This document shows, one piece after another, positions 1 to 9,006 of a DNA stretch of 42,325 nt (position 1 is its first letter; every line of letters begins with the position of its first letter). Location: the NCBI GenBank assembly GCA_964358425.1, contig CAYHON010000003.1, forward strand, positions 1 to 42,325. The letters are read 5' to 3'. This stretch comes from an uncultured Candidatus Saccharibacteria bacterium (GTDB lineage: Bacteria; Patescibacteriota; Minisyncoccia; Sungbacterales; HO2-52-23). The position numbers were made by a program, and so were the translations under genes. The notes beneath the pieces are model-generated. The model had not been told where the DNA came from, ran no database searches, and worked only from the letters and a program-made list of their open reading frames with translations.

Positions 1-47
1 ATACCTTTATAAAAGACCTAAAAATCACATAGAATCGCTGAAATTTA

Positions 48-76
48 TTGACTATTTTTTAAAGACATGTTACTTA
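48..76 (+). promoter_or_regulatory. Putative sigma70-type promoter for the Nudix gene
   Basis: TTGACT (48-53), 17-nt spacer ending in TGt, then TACTTA (71-76); SD-like AAGGGAG at 123-129 before GTG 135. Confidence 0.5.
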
Positions 77-134
77 GACGGGGTATGTTCGTTTAAAATA
101 CCGTGTCATAGATACCTTATGAAAGGGAGAGACA

Positions 135-665
135 GTGACCAGACAGCCGGAGAAAACCCAGCTGACTGAAGACGAATTGGCTCTTTATCTTCGTTTGCAG
201 GCAAAAGTAGGATACAGGCAGACAGGAAAAGTGGTATTTGAAAGCTTTTTCCCGATTTTACCCATGGTTCCGTATGAATTGGCTGTTGTCCGCAAGATAG
301 ATGGTTTAGACCACGTTTTGTTATGGTATCGTGAGGATGAACATTATATTGGATGGCATATGCCGGGAAGCTACTTGAGGTTTGGTGAATCTGACCGACA
401 AGTTATTGAAAGGACCTTGAGTAAAGAGGTTGGATTGACCCTTGTTTCTGCGGAATTTATTTGCCATTTCAATACCCCTCCAGAAACTGGTTGGGTGCCC
501 AACCATCAGATTGCTCAGTTTTTTCTTTGCGAAACCAGCGGCGAACCTACGACAGAGGAATTTTTTTTGATAGATGCATTACCAGAAAAGATACTGGATT
601 TTCACCGTATTTATATCAACCATCTGCACGCGTATCTTTTATGTAAAAAGTCCAGAGAAGTATAA
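135..665 (+). CDS. Nudix hydrolase, GDP-mannose mannosyl hydrolase (Gmm/NudD)-like
   Basis: Modified Nudix box PGSYLRFGESDRQVIERTLSKEVGL lacks the canonical RE/EE glutamates, as in Gmm; downstream His in NHQIAQ. Confidence 0.7.
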   Translation: MTRQPEKTQLTEDELALYLRLQAKVGYRQTGKVVFESFFPILPMVPYELAVVRKIDGLDHVLLWYREDEHYIGWHMPGSYLRFGESDRQVIERTLSKEVGLTLVSAEFICHFNTPPETGWVPNHQIAQFFLCETSGEPTTEEFFLIDALPEKILDFHRIYINHLHAYLLCKKSREV

Positions 666-671
666 AATTCG

Positions 672-697
672 AAAGGCGAGGTAGTTTCGCCTTTTTT
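672..697 (+). terminator. Intrinsic terminator
   Basis: AAAGGCGA(672-679)...TCGCCTTT(687-694) hairpin followed by a T-run. Confidence 0.8.
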
Positions 698-819
698 ATT
701 TACCCAACTTGTGAAGGATAATTTTTATTGCTAGGATAGTAATGTTATTTCTTAAGTAGTCAGCACTTTGGGTATAGTTTTAATATCAAAATATTAGACC
801 CTCTCCTTCTTAAATCAAT

Positions 820-1518
820 ATGAAACTTTCCATTATTATTCCGGCTTTTAATGAAGAGGAGGCCATTGAAAAAGTCGTGAGGGATATTTTTAGAGAAATT
901 AAAAAAAACGAACCGTCCTCGGAGATAGTTATAGTTGACAATGGATCTATAGACGACACCCCCCAAATAATATCCAGACTGCAGAAAGAATTTCATAATT
1001 TAAAAACAGTCAGGGTTTTTCCTAACAAAGGATATGGCAACGGCTTGTTACGGGGCGTCGCTGTTTCTTCCGGTGAAATTTTGGGTTGGATCCATGGCGA
1101 CAATCAAATCTCCGCCGAAGACCTATTTAGGGTTTGGCATGAATTAGTAGAAAAAAAGCTGGATTTATGCAAAGCCGTTCGTCAAACCAGGAGTGAATCT
1201 ATTTGGCGGAAAACACAAAGTCGTCTTTATAACTCTTTTTTTCGTATACTGTTTGGCGGAAAATTATCCGATATAAACGGCTCACCCAAGGTTTTTAAGC
1301 GAGCACTGTTTGATAGATTGCAAATTTTATCTCTCGATTGGTTTATCGATCCGGAAATAGTGATAAAAGCTCTTAGATCCGGAGCAAGGATAGGAGAAGT
1401 AGAAGTTTTTTGTCGGCCAAGATTGGGCGGTAGGTCAAAGACAAATTGGTTTGCGTCTTTTGAGTTTTTCAAAAATATGATTTTTTATAAGTTTGGAGTA
1501 AAACTAAAAAGAGAATAG
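820..1518 (+). CDS. GT2 glycosyltransferase, Dol-P-Man synthase-like
   Basis: LSIIIPAFNEE, VDNGSIDDT, NKGYGNGL, DINGSPKVF, FIDPEIV motifs; DxD appears as HGD. Confidence 0.9.
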   Translation: MKLSIIIPAFNEEEAIEKVVRDIFREIKKNEPSSEIVIVDNGSIDDTPQIISRLQKEFHNLKTVRVFPNKGYGNGLLRGVAVSSGEILGWIHGDNQISAEDLFRVWHELVEKKLDLCKAVRQTRSESIWRKTQSRLYNSFFRILFGGKLSDINGSPKVFKRALFDRLQILSLDWFIDPEIVIKALRSGARIGEVEVFCRPRLGGRSKTNWFASFEFFKNMIFYKFGVKLKRE

Positions 1519-1539
1519 ATAATTTACCCGATATTTAAA

Positions 1540-3093
1540 ATGAATATCTTAACTCACCGCCAAAAAATAAACAGAGCATACGATATTTTATTTAACCCCT
1601 TATTTTTTGTGATTCTTGGGTTTGTTTTACTTTTTATAGTCTCGTTTAAGACTCCCGTAGGTAATGACGAGGGTATGTGGGGATATATAGGTAGAATCTG
1701 GGTAGAAAACCAACAGCCGCCATATATTGGTGCTGTAGAAAACAAAACCCCCGGCATTATGATACTTTATGCGGCATCTTACGCTTTTTTTGGTGTCAAT
1801 GTTTGGTTTCCTCGTTTACTAGCTGCAATTTCGACGGTCATTAGCGCCCTACTTATTTACCAGCTTACTCTTAAAATGGCCAACTGCCGCGCGGCAATTT
1901 TTGCTATGGCCATATTCGTGTTGTTGATGATATCCCCTTATTTAAATGGTTCTAGTGCCGAGGTTGAGACCTTTATGAATCTGTTTATAATCTCTGCCTT
2001 TTATGTAGTATTTACCTCTAGTGAAAATAATAGGTATCGTTGTTGGTGGATGATTTTAAGTGGTTTTTGGTGGGGAATAGCCATAATTTTTAGACAAACT
2101 GCCATACTAAGTATCGTCCCTTTGGCCCTCCTAAGTGTGGCCACAACCAGAATTAAAATAAGAAGTATCGCTGTTAACGCGGCCTGGTTGGGCGTAGGCG
2201 CCCTGCTGGCTAATATGATAAGTATCTTACCCTTAATTTTTTCTGGGGCCACCATTATTGATTATATAAACGGAGCATGGTTGATTCTCTTGAGGGGAAA
2301 TATTGTCGTCAACAGCATTCTTAGCAGAGTATCGGGTTTTTATAGAAATTTTTTTACCCCAGATATTTATCTAATTTTTTTAGGAGTAGTTAGTTTTGTT
2401 CTTCTAAGAAAAAAAATAGGAACGATAAAATCCTTTGTAGGGTCTTCTATTGCTATATGGATATTAAGCGATTTTATCGTTTATAACATACAAGGCCAGT
2501 ATTTCCCCCATCATAATAAAGTTCTTCTGCTTTCCTGGTCTATCGCTTTTGGGGTGGTGTTTGACTTTATTATTAGTAGATTGAGTATCAGTAAACTGGC
2601 GGATAATAACACCGGTAATAAGGTTGCTGGTACAGACACGGTGGCTAACCCTCGGGGGGATGAATATGTTCAGAAAATATTATCCATCTGTGGAATAATT
2701 CTGCTTTTATTATTCTTGGTACCCTTTCAAAGGGATTATATCCTAAACCTACGGGATAGGACGAGGGGTCTGTATGACAATAATCCTCAAAAAATAGGTT
2801 TTCTGATCCAGCAGATGACTATCCCCGAAGAGTATGTTTACGTGTGGGGTATGAATGTCGGTCAAATATACTATTATTCCGGGCGCCAAGCCCCAAGCCG
2901 GTATTTTAGTAATATTTTTTTGGGTGTACCCGGGGCTGTTGAGGAAGTAAAAAATAGTCTATTTATGTCTAAATCTAGGCTGATAATAGTATCTATGGAT
3001 GAGTCAGTCCCATTGTGGCTGAACGGTATTATTCAAAACAATTATTACCTTGAGCAAACTATCTACGGATATTATTTCTATAAAAGAAAGTAA
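1540..3093 (+). CDS. GT-C superfamily membrane glycosyltransferase (ArnT/PMT-like)
   Basis: Many hydrophobic helices; NDEG motif after TM1; ENKTPG loop; follows a GT2. Confidence 0.75.
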   Translation: MNILTHRQKINRAYDILFNPLFFVILGFVLLFIVSFKTPVGNDEGMWGYIGRIWVENQQPPYIGAVENKTPGIMILYAASYAFFGVNVWFPRLLAAISTVISALLIYQLTLKMANCRAAIFAMAIFVLLMISPYLNGSSAEVETFMNLFIISAFYVVFTSSENNRYRCWWMILSGFWWGIAIIFRQTAILSIVPLALLSVATTRIKIRSIAVNAAWLGVGALLANMISILPLIFSGATIIDYINGAWLILLRGNIVVNSILSRVSGFYRNFFTPDIYLIFLGVVSFVLLRKKIGTIKSFVGSSIAIWILSDFIVYNIQGQYFPHHNKVLLLSWSIAFGVVFDFIISRLSISKLADNNTGNKVAGTDTVANPRGDEYVQKILSICGIILLLLFLVPFQRDYILNLRDRTRGLYDNNPQKIGFLIQQMTIPEEYVYVWGMNVGQIYYYSGRQAPSRYFSNIFLGVPGAVEEVKNSLFMSKSRLIIVSMDESVPLWLNGIIQNNYYLEQTIYGYYFYKRK

Positions 3094-3137
3094 TAACCTT
3101 AATGCAAATATTTTCCTTATTCTAAAGTAAAAGATAT

Positions 3138-4988
3138 ATGTGTGGCATAAACGGGTTTAATTTCAAAAACGAAAATCAAATAAGAAAGATGAACCTGCTG
3201 ACCTCTCACCGCGGACCGGATGGAACGAGGTTTTTTTGTGATGACGAAATTTCCCTGGGACATAATCGTCTAAGCATACTGGATTTGCGCGAGGAGGCCT
3301 CCCAGCCCATGTTTAGTGGAGACGGCAATTTGGTGATAGTTTTTAACGGGGAGATTTATAATTTTCTGGAGATAAAATCTGAATTGCAAAAAGACTATAA
3401 TTTCAAGACCGACAGCGATACAGAGGTAATCCTGGCGGCGTACCAAAAATGGGGCTCCCGGTGCCTGAACCGGCTTAACGGTATTTTTGCGTTTGCTATC
3501 TGGGATAAGGAAAAACAGGAATTGTTTATAGCTCGCGACCACCTGGGAGTTAAACCTTTTTATTATTATTTTGACGGGGATAAATTTATTTTTTCTTCTG
3601 AAATAAAATCCATTTTAGCCCATCCGGTAGAAAGACGGTTGGATCAAGAAGCTCTTAATATATATTTCCGTCTTCTGTATATACCGGAGCCGCATACTCC
3701 CTGGAAAAATATTTTTAAACTGCCGCCGGCTCATTTTGCTGTTTTAAAAAACGGTAAATTGGAGATAAAACAGTATTGGAAAATTTCTCACTTTGACTGT
3801 TTGTCGGACGAGCAAGAAATAAAAGGCTTAATAAAAGGACATTTTAAGGAGGCGGTATCTAGACAGCTTATCTCAGACCGCCCCCTGGGTATCTATTTGA
3901 GCGGTGGTATAGATTCTACGGCCATTTTGGGACGGGTATCCGAATTGCGGTCTAAACCCGCCCAGACCTTCACAGTTGGTTTTGAAGTTGAGTCGGAGCA
4001 TCGCGCTAAGTTTAACGCCGATTTTGAGCTGGCCCGGAAAACCAGCCGATTTTTCAAAAGCGAACACCACGAGGTAATGCTTAAGGCCCGCGCGGTGGCG
4101 GATAATTTTGAAAAAGTCGTCTGGCACGGAGACGACTTGGTATCCAATCATACCCAGACGGCTATGTATGTGCTGTCGGGGATGACCAAAAACCACGCTG
4201 ACGTGGTTTTGTCGGGAGACGGAGGGGACGAACTATTCGGGGGATACGATCGCTATTATCTAAATTACACCCTGGACCGCATACAGCGTCTGCCAAAAGC
4301 ATTGAGAGAAAATTTCTTAGCCAAGTTTTTGTTTAAATTATCCGGTAAACAAAATCTTTACGATAAGTTAAATATTGAGCCGGGGATAGACCGGTTTCTT
4401 TCCTTTATGTCCCAAAAAGAAGCCGACTTAAGTTTCCTGCAGAAAGATTTTAATCAGCCGGAAGCCACCCGAAACTTTATCGGAAAGAAGTTTTTTTCTT
4501 CCGGGGAAAAGTTAGATTTTACCAAAAAAATGCAATATCTGGATATAAAAACCTGGCTATTAGATGACGCACTCAACAGGTCTGATCGCATGAGCATGGC
4601 TCACGGGGTGGAGCAGAGGGTTCCTATTTTGGATAAAGAAATGGTAGAATTGTCCATGGCCATACCACCTTCTTTTGGTATGGACGGCCAAAAATCAGGC
4701 AAGAGAATATTCAAAGAATCCCTGCGGGAATACATACCGGATTTCGTGTACAATCAACCCAAAAGAGGGTGGTTTTCTCCCGTGGCCAAGTGGCTTAGGT
4801 CAGATTTGAAAGGCTGGGCATACGATATTTTGTCTCCGGGATATAATCCTGAAACCGAAGCTTACTTTGATTTTGCTAAAGTAAGAAAAATCCTTGACCG
4901 GCACATAAGCGGGGAAAAGTATGCCCTGAATCCTATCTGGCCGTTGCTTACTTTTCAGGCATGGTTTAAACTTTTTAAAAACAAATGA
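3138..4988 (+). CDS. asnB: Glutamine-hydrolysing asparagine synthase family amidotransferase, probably glycan-amidating
   Basis: N-terminal MCGI, HRGPD, GHNRLSILDL, FNGEIYN, LSGGIDS, SGDGGDELFGGY. Confidence 0.93.
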   Translation: MCGINGFNFKNENQIRKMNLLTSHRGPDGTRFFCDDEISLGHNRLSILDLREEASQPMFSGDGNLVIVFNGEIYNFLEIKSELQKDYNFKTDSDTEVILAAYQKWGSRCLNRLNGIFAFAIWDKEKQELFIARDHLGVKPFYYYFDGDKFIFSSEIKSILAHPVERRLDQEALNIYFRLLYIPEPHTPWKNIFKLPPAHFAVLKNGKLEIKQYWKISHFDCLSDEQEIKGLIKGHFKEAVSRQLISDRPLGIYLSGGIDSTAILGRVSELRSKPAQTFTVGFEVESEHRAKFNADFELARKTSRFFKSEHHEVMLKARAVADNFEKVVWHGDDLVSNHTQTAMYVLSGMTKNHADVVLSGDGGDELFGGYDRYYLNYTLDRIQRLPKALRENFLAKFLFKLSGKQNLYDKLNIEPGIDRFLSFMSQKEADLSFLQKDFNQPEATRNFIGKKFFSSGEKLDFTKKMQYLDIKTWLLDDALNRSDRMSMAHGVEQRVPILDKEMVELSMAIPPSFGMDGQKSGKRIFKESLREYIPDFVYNQPKRGWFSPVAKWLRSDLKGWAYDILSPGYNPETEAYFDFAKVRKILDRHISGEKYALNPIWPLLTFQAWFKLFKNK

Positions 4989-5013
4989 TAATCCTTTATA
5001 ATTATAAATCCCC

Positions 5014-5601
5014 ATGAAAAAAAGCAGACTTAATTTTTTACTTGAACACGTAAGACCAGGAAAGATTTTAGACGTGGGTAACTTGGATAAAAATGGCCAG
5101 ATTCATAGTCTATTGTTGAAAAAAATGACTGGTTCAGAAATCTACGGACTGGATATATTGGATCAAAGAGAATTTGGTTTAAACTTCCCCAATCAAAAGA
5201 TAGGCAGTTTTGAGGACCTGGGTTATCCCGATAATTTTTTTGACGTGATTTATGCCGGAGAAATAATAGAACATACCTGGAAACCGAAACAGACCATGGA
5301 CGGTTTTTATAGAGTTCTTAAACAGGGAGGAATCTTAATATTGGATACCCCAAACGTATATTCTTTATCCAGAATTTTAAGATACCTGTGCAAGGGGGAA
5401 GATGTTGTTTTGGGGAATCCTGAACACACCATGTTTTTCTCCAGGGCCATGATTGAGAACCTGCTAGGTTCAGCGGGGTTTAAAATTGAAACCTTAACCA
5501 CCGAAAGATTTACGACTATGAAGGGTAAGAGCATACCTCTACCCGGAATTTCTCCTTTTGGTTTTATGGGAGAATGTCTGTTGGTATCGGCCGAAAAGTA
5601 A
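5014..5601 (+). CDS. Class I SAM-dependent methyltransferase
   Basis: ILDVG, YGLDI, FDVIYAGEIIEH, RVLKQGGILILDTPN. Confidence 0.88.
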   Translation: MKKSRLNFLLEHVRPGKILDVGNLDKNGQIHSLLLKKMTGSEIYGLDILDQREFGLNFPNQKIGSFEDLGYPDNFFDVIYAGEIIEHTWKPKQTMDGFYRVLKQGGILILDTPNVYSLSRILRYLCKGEDVVLGNPEHTMFFSRAMIENLLGSAGFKIETLTTERFTTMKGKSIPLPGISPFGFMGECLLVSAEK

Positions 5602-5606
5602 AACAG

Positions 5607-6848
5607 ATGCCCCCCTTCAATTCTAAAAAAATTCTAGTTGTAACTCCAAGTTTTCCTTTTACCGTGCTCGGGGCCGAGCAATCTGACCGAGCTTTTGGCA
5701 TAAAACAACTTAGGAATCTAGGCTTTGAAGTCAGGGTGATTACTAAAACAACAGCCTGGCAATCTCCGGAAGATATCCAAAGGGCAGAAGATGATTTATC
5801 CATAAAACTCATCCCTGTTTCTTATAAATATAGCAACCGCCAACTTAGCCTGGTTGATAAAATTAATAAAGTTTTTTTAAAGATCAGAAATCCGCTATTG
5901 CTGGATGGGGCTGCCTTGGAATACTCCGACCCAGAAATTAAAAAAAAAGTTATTAAGGAAATCACTGACTGGAAACCCGATCTGGTTTGGTTTGATTATA
6001 CGTATCTGTGGCCTTTATACGGATTGGTTAAAAAATATAAAATACCCATAATTACCAGGTCGATAAACTTTGAACCCTCCCATTTTTTACAAGAGGACGG
6101 ATGGAGTATTATAAATTTATTTAAGTATATACCTAAGCTGATTAGCGAACTCCTAATCATTAAAAATAGCGATATTATTTTTGCCATTACGCCGAAAGAA
6201 GAAGGGTTGTATAAAAAACTTGGCGGAAGAGAAGTTTATACTTTACCTTTACGCGGGTTGCCGGCCTGTTTCCAGGAAGGTCTTTTCAAGGGAGAAACAA
6301 AACCCCTGGAAGTAATTTTTATGGGATCAACCTATAACGTAGCCCATAATCGCCGGGCTCTTGAGTTCATATTGCGGCAAATAGCCCCAGACATACATAG
6401 AAACTATCCCGGCGGGTTTAGGTTTAATATTATAGGACGAAAAATGCCGCCGGACTGTTCCCGCTACCTTAAAGACAACGTAAAATACCACGGCTATGTA
6501 GACAATCTTAAAGATTTTTTGGCTGGTATGGACATAGCTCTTGTTCCTTCATTTTTTGGGGCCGGGATGCAGCAGAAGATATTTGAGCCGCTTTGTCGGG
6601 GTATACCGACCATTACCTCCCGTAGGGGAACCGCCGGATATCCATTTGAACACAAAAAAGAAATATGGCTGGCGGATAATTTACAAGAATTTGTAGAGGG
6701 GCTTATTTATTTGGAAAATCCATATATAAGAAAAGATATGGGTTTGGCCGGTCGGCAGAAGGCAGAAAAAATATTTTCTAAAAAATCATTGGATAAAATA
6801 GTAATTTCTAGGTTGGAACAACTATTTTTATTCTCAAAAATACCGTGA
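5607..6848 (+). CDS. GT4 glycosyltransferase
   Basis: GT-B C-terminus DIALVPSFFGAGMQQKIFEPLCRGIPTIT; ATG 5607 preferred to 5574, which overlaps the upstream gene. Confidence 0.85.
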   Translation: MPPFNSKKILVVTPSFPFTVLGAEQSDRAFGIKQLRNLGFEVRVITKTTAWQSPEDIQRAEDDLSIKLIPVSYKYSNRQLSLVDKINKVFLKIRNPLLLDGAALEYSDPEIKKKVIKEITDWKPDLVWFDYTYLWPLYGLVKKYKIPIITRSINFEPSHFLQEDGWSIINLFKYIPKLISELLIIKNSDIIFAITPKEEGLYKKLGGREVYTLPLRGLPACFQEGLFKGETKPLEVIFMGSTYNVAHNRRALEFILRQIAPDIHRNYPGGFRFNIIGRKMPPDCSRYLKDNVKYHGYVDNLKDFLAGMDIALVPSFFGAGMQQKIFEPLCRGIPTITSRRGTAGYPFEHKKEIWLADNLQEFVEGLIYLENPYIRKDMGLAGRQKAEKIFSKKSLDKIVISRLEQLFLFSKIP

Positions 6849-7882
6849 TAAAAATTTATACAGAAAAACCATCCGGTTATGCGCACTTGCCGATTTTGTA
6901 TCCCAACCTTGGGGTCCAAAAATGGAAAAATCTCTACATGGGGGATGTTTTTAAGAAAATAAATAATCCTATTTTTACTTTGACCGAAAATCCGGCCGAG
7001 GCCGATTTTTTTCTTTTTCCGCATGATTATTTTTTGACATCAAATCAACCCGCCCAAGCCCTTGAGTTGGCTAAGAAAGCTCGAAAATACGGAAAGAAAA
7101 TAATTATCTTTGGGCACGGCGACTCTGACCAGGATATACCCATACCCGATTCTATTGTTTTTAGAACTTCTCAGTATCGATATAAGATAAAACCGAATGA
7201 AATAATTATGCCGGCTTACGTGGAGGACTTATCCGGATCCGATGGTATGCAATTGCGCTCCAAAAGCCGGAGACCCATAGTTGGCTTTTGTGGCTGGGCC
7301 GATTTTGAAAACTCTCGCCAAAAAATATTCTTTTATTTAAAACGAGCGGTTTTGGATGTGCAGAATTTGTTTTTCGGGCGGCCTGTTGTGGTGCGGAGAA
7401 GGGGATTATGGTTTAGGAAAAAGGTTTTGCATGCGCTCGAAAGTTCTTCTTTGGTGGAAGCTAATTTTATAATCAGGAACAGTTTTTCTGGGCATGTGGC
7501 CACTATTAAAAACTCTCCCGAAGAGGCGAGAAAAGAATATATAGACAATATAAGTAATTCTGATTTTACTTTGGCTGTAAAGGGATACGGCAATTTTTCC
7601 TTGCGTTTTTATGAAACCCTGTCCTTGGGGCGGATTCCCCTTTTTATAAACACCGATTGCGTTCTGCCGTTGGAGGACAGGATAGACTACCGAGATTTTG
7701 TAGTTTTTATTGATTATAAAAATCTGAATCAAGTCGATAAAATTGTCGCTGATTTTTATGAAAATATGACCGGAGAAAAATTTATAGAAATGCAAAAAAG
7801 GGCCCGGGAGGTTTTTGAAAAATATCTTCGTATTGACGCCTTTTTTGCGCTTATTCCGGATATGTTAAATAAGATGAAATGA
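6845..7882 (+). CDS. Exostosin-family (GT47) glycosyltransferase
   Basis: ENPAEADFFLFP and SDFTLAVKGYGNFSLRFYETLSLGRIPLFI match exostosin signatures; GTG start overlaps the upstream stop. Confidence 0.78.
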   Translation: MIKIYTEKPSGYAHLPILYPNLGVQKWKNLYMGDVFKKINNPIFTLTENPAEADFFLFPHDYFLTSNQPAQALELAKKARKYGKKIIIFGHGDSDQDIPIPDSIVFRTSQYRYKIKPNEIIMPAYVEDLSGSDGMQLRSKSRRPIVGFCGWADFENSRQKIFFYLKRAVLDVQNLFFGRPVVVRRRGLWFRKKVLHALESSSLVEANFIIRNSFSGHVATIKNSPEEARKEYIDNISNSDFTLAVKGYGNFSLRFYETLSLGRIPLFINTDCVLPLEDRIDYRDFVVFIDYKNLNQVDKIVADFYENMTGEKFIEMQKRAREVFEKYLRIDAFFALIPDMLNKMK

Positions 7883-9006
7883 AAATACTCTATGTGACCA
7901 ACCTGCGTCTTCCCACGGAGAAAGCCCACGGCAAGCAGATAATGGAGACCTGCAACGCCATGGCTGGGCAGGGAGTGGACATGACCCTGCTTATCCCCAG
8001 GAGAGTTAATCCTCTGAAAGAAAACGCCTTTTCTTTTTATGGCCTCCAGCCCTCTTTTTCAATCAGGAAAGTTTTTTGCGTGGACTTGCTGTTTCTACCG
8101 TTTTTAAAAAAGTTTTTCTTCGGGTTGGAAAACAGCAGTTTTACTATTTCTTCTTTTTTAAATGTTTTTTTGGGGTCGGGGAGGCAATATGAAATAATTT
8201 ATACCCGTGATTTGGCGGTTGCCTTTTTCTTATCCTGGTTGAAGCCCGTGGTCTACGAGATACACAATCTACCGGATAATCCGGGATTTTTTAGTCGCTG
8301 GGCTTGGCAGAGAGCCAGGCATATTATCGTCATAAGCCTTGGATTGCGGGGAGATCTGGTTGGTTTTGGAGTTGACGCCGATAAAATAATTCTTGCTCGC
8401 GATGCCGTGGATCTAAAAAAATTTGATATAAATATAAGCCGAGAAGATGCTAGAAAAAGATTGGATATGGGTTTTGAAGAGAGGGTGGTTTTGTACACGG
8501 GCCATCTTTTCCCCTGGAAGGGTGCGGATCTTTTAGCGGAGACGGCCTACTTACTGCCGGAAGCTCAATTGTATTTTGTTGGAGGCTCTGAAGAAGATAT
8601 AAAAAAATTCAGGAAGAAATATAAAGCGGATAACGTCCACATAATAGGATACCGCCCGGCGGACGAAGTGCCGGTGTGGCTAAAGGCCGCTGATTTGCTG
8701 GTCTTGCCCAACCGAGGACAATATAAAATATCCTCTAGGTATACTTCTCCTCTTAAACTATTTGAATATATGGCATCCGGTACGCCGATTGTCGCGGCTG
8801 GCTTGTCGTCTATCAGGGAGATTGTAAGTGAAGGTGAGGCTTTGTTTTTTAGAGATGGGGATGTGGCTTCGTTGGCGGAAGTTTTAAGTAAAACCTTTTC
8901 GGGGCAAATAGATTTGAAGTCACGAGCCGAAAAAGCTAAGATAAAAGCTGGTGAATTTACCTGGAACAAGAGGGCTCAAATAATATTAAACTCGATAAAA
9001 CCGTGA
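7879..9006 (+). CDS. GT4 glycosyltransferase
   Basis: YTGHLFPWKG, ADLLVLP, SPLKLFEYMASGTPIV. Confidence 0.92.
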   Translation: MKILYVTNLRLPTEKAHGKQIMETCNAMAGQGVDMTLLIPRRVNPLKENAFSFYGLQPSFSIRKVFCVDLLFLPFLKKFFFGLENSSFTISSFLNVFLGSGRQYEIIYTRDLAVAFFLSWLKPVVYEIHNLPDNPGFFSRWAWQRARHIIVISLGLRGDLVGFGVDADKIILARDAVDLKKFDINISREDARKRLDMGFEERVVLYTGHLFPWKGADLLAETAYLLPEAQLYFVGGSEEDIKKFRKKYKADNVHIIGYRPADEVPVWLKAADLLVLPNRGQYKISSRYTSPLKLFEYMASGTPIVAAGLSSIREIVSEGEALFFRDGDVASLAEVLSKTFSGQIDLKSRAEKAKIKAGEFTWNKRAQIILNSIKP

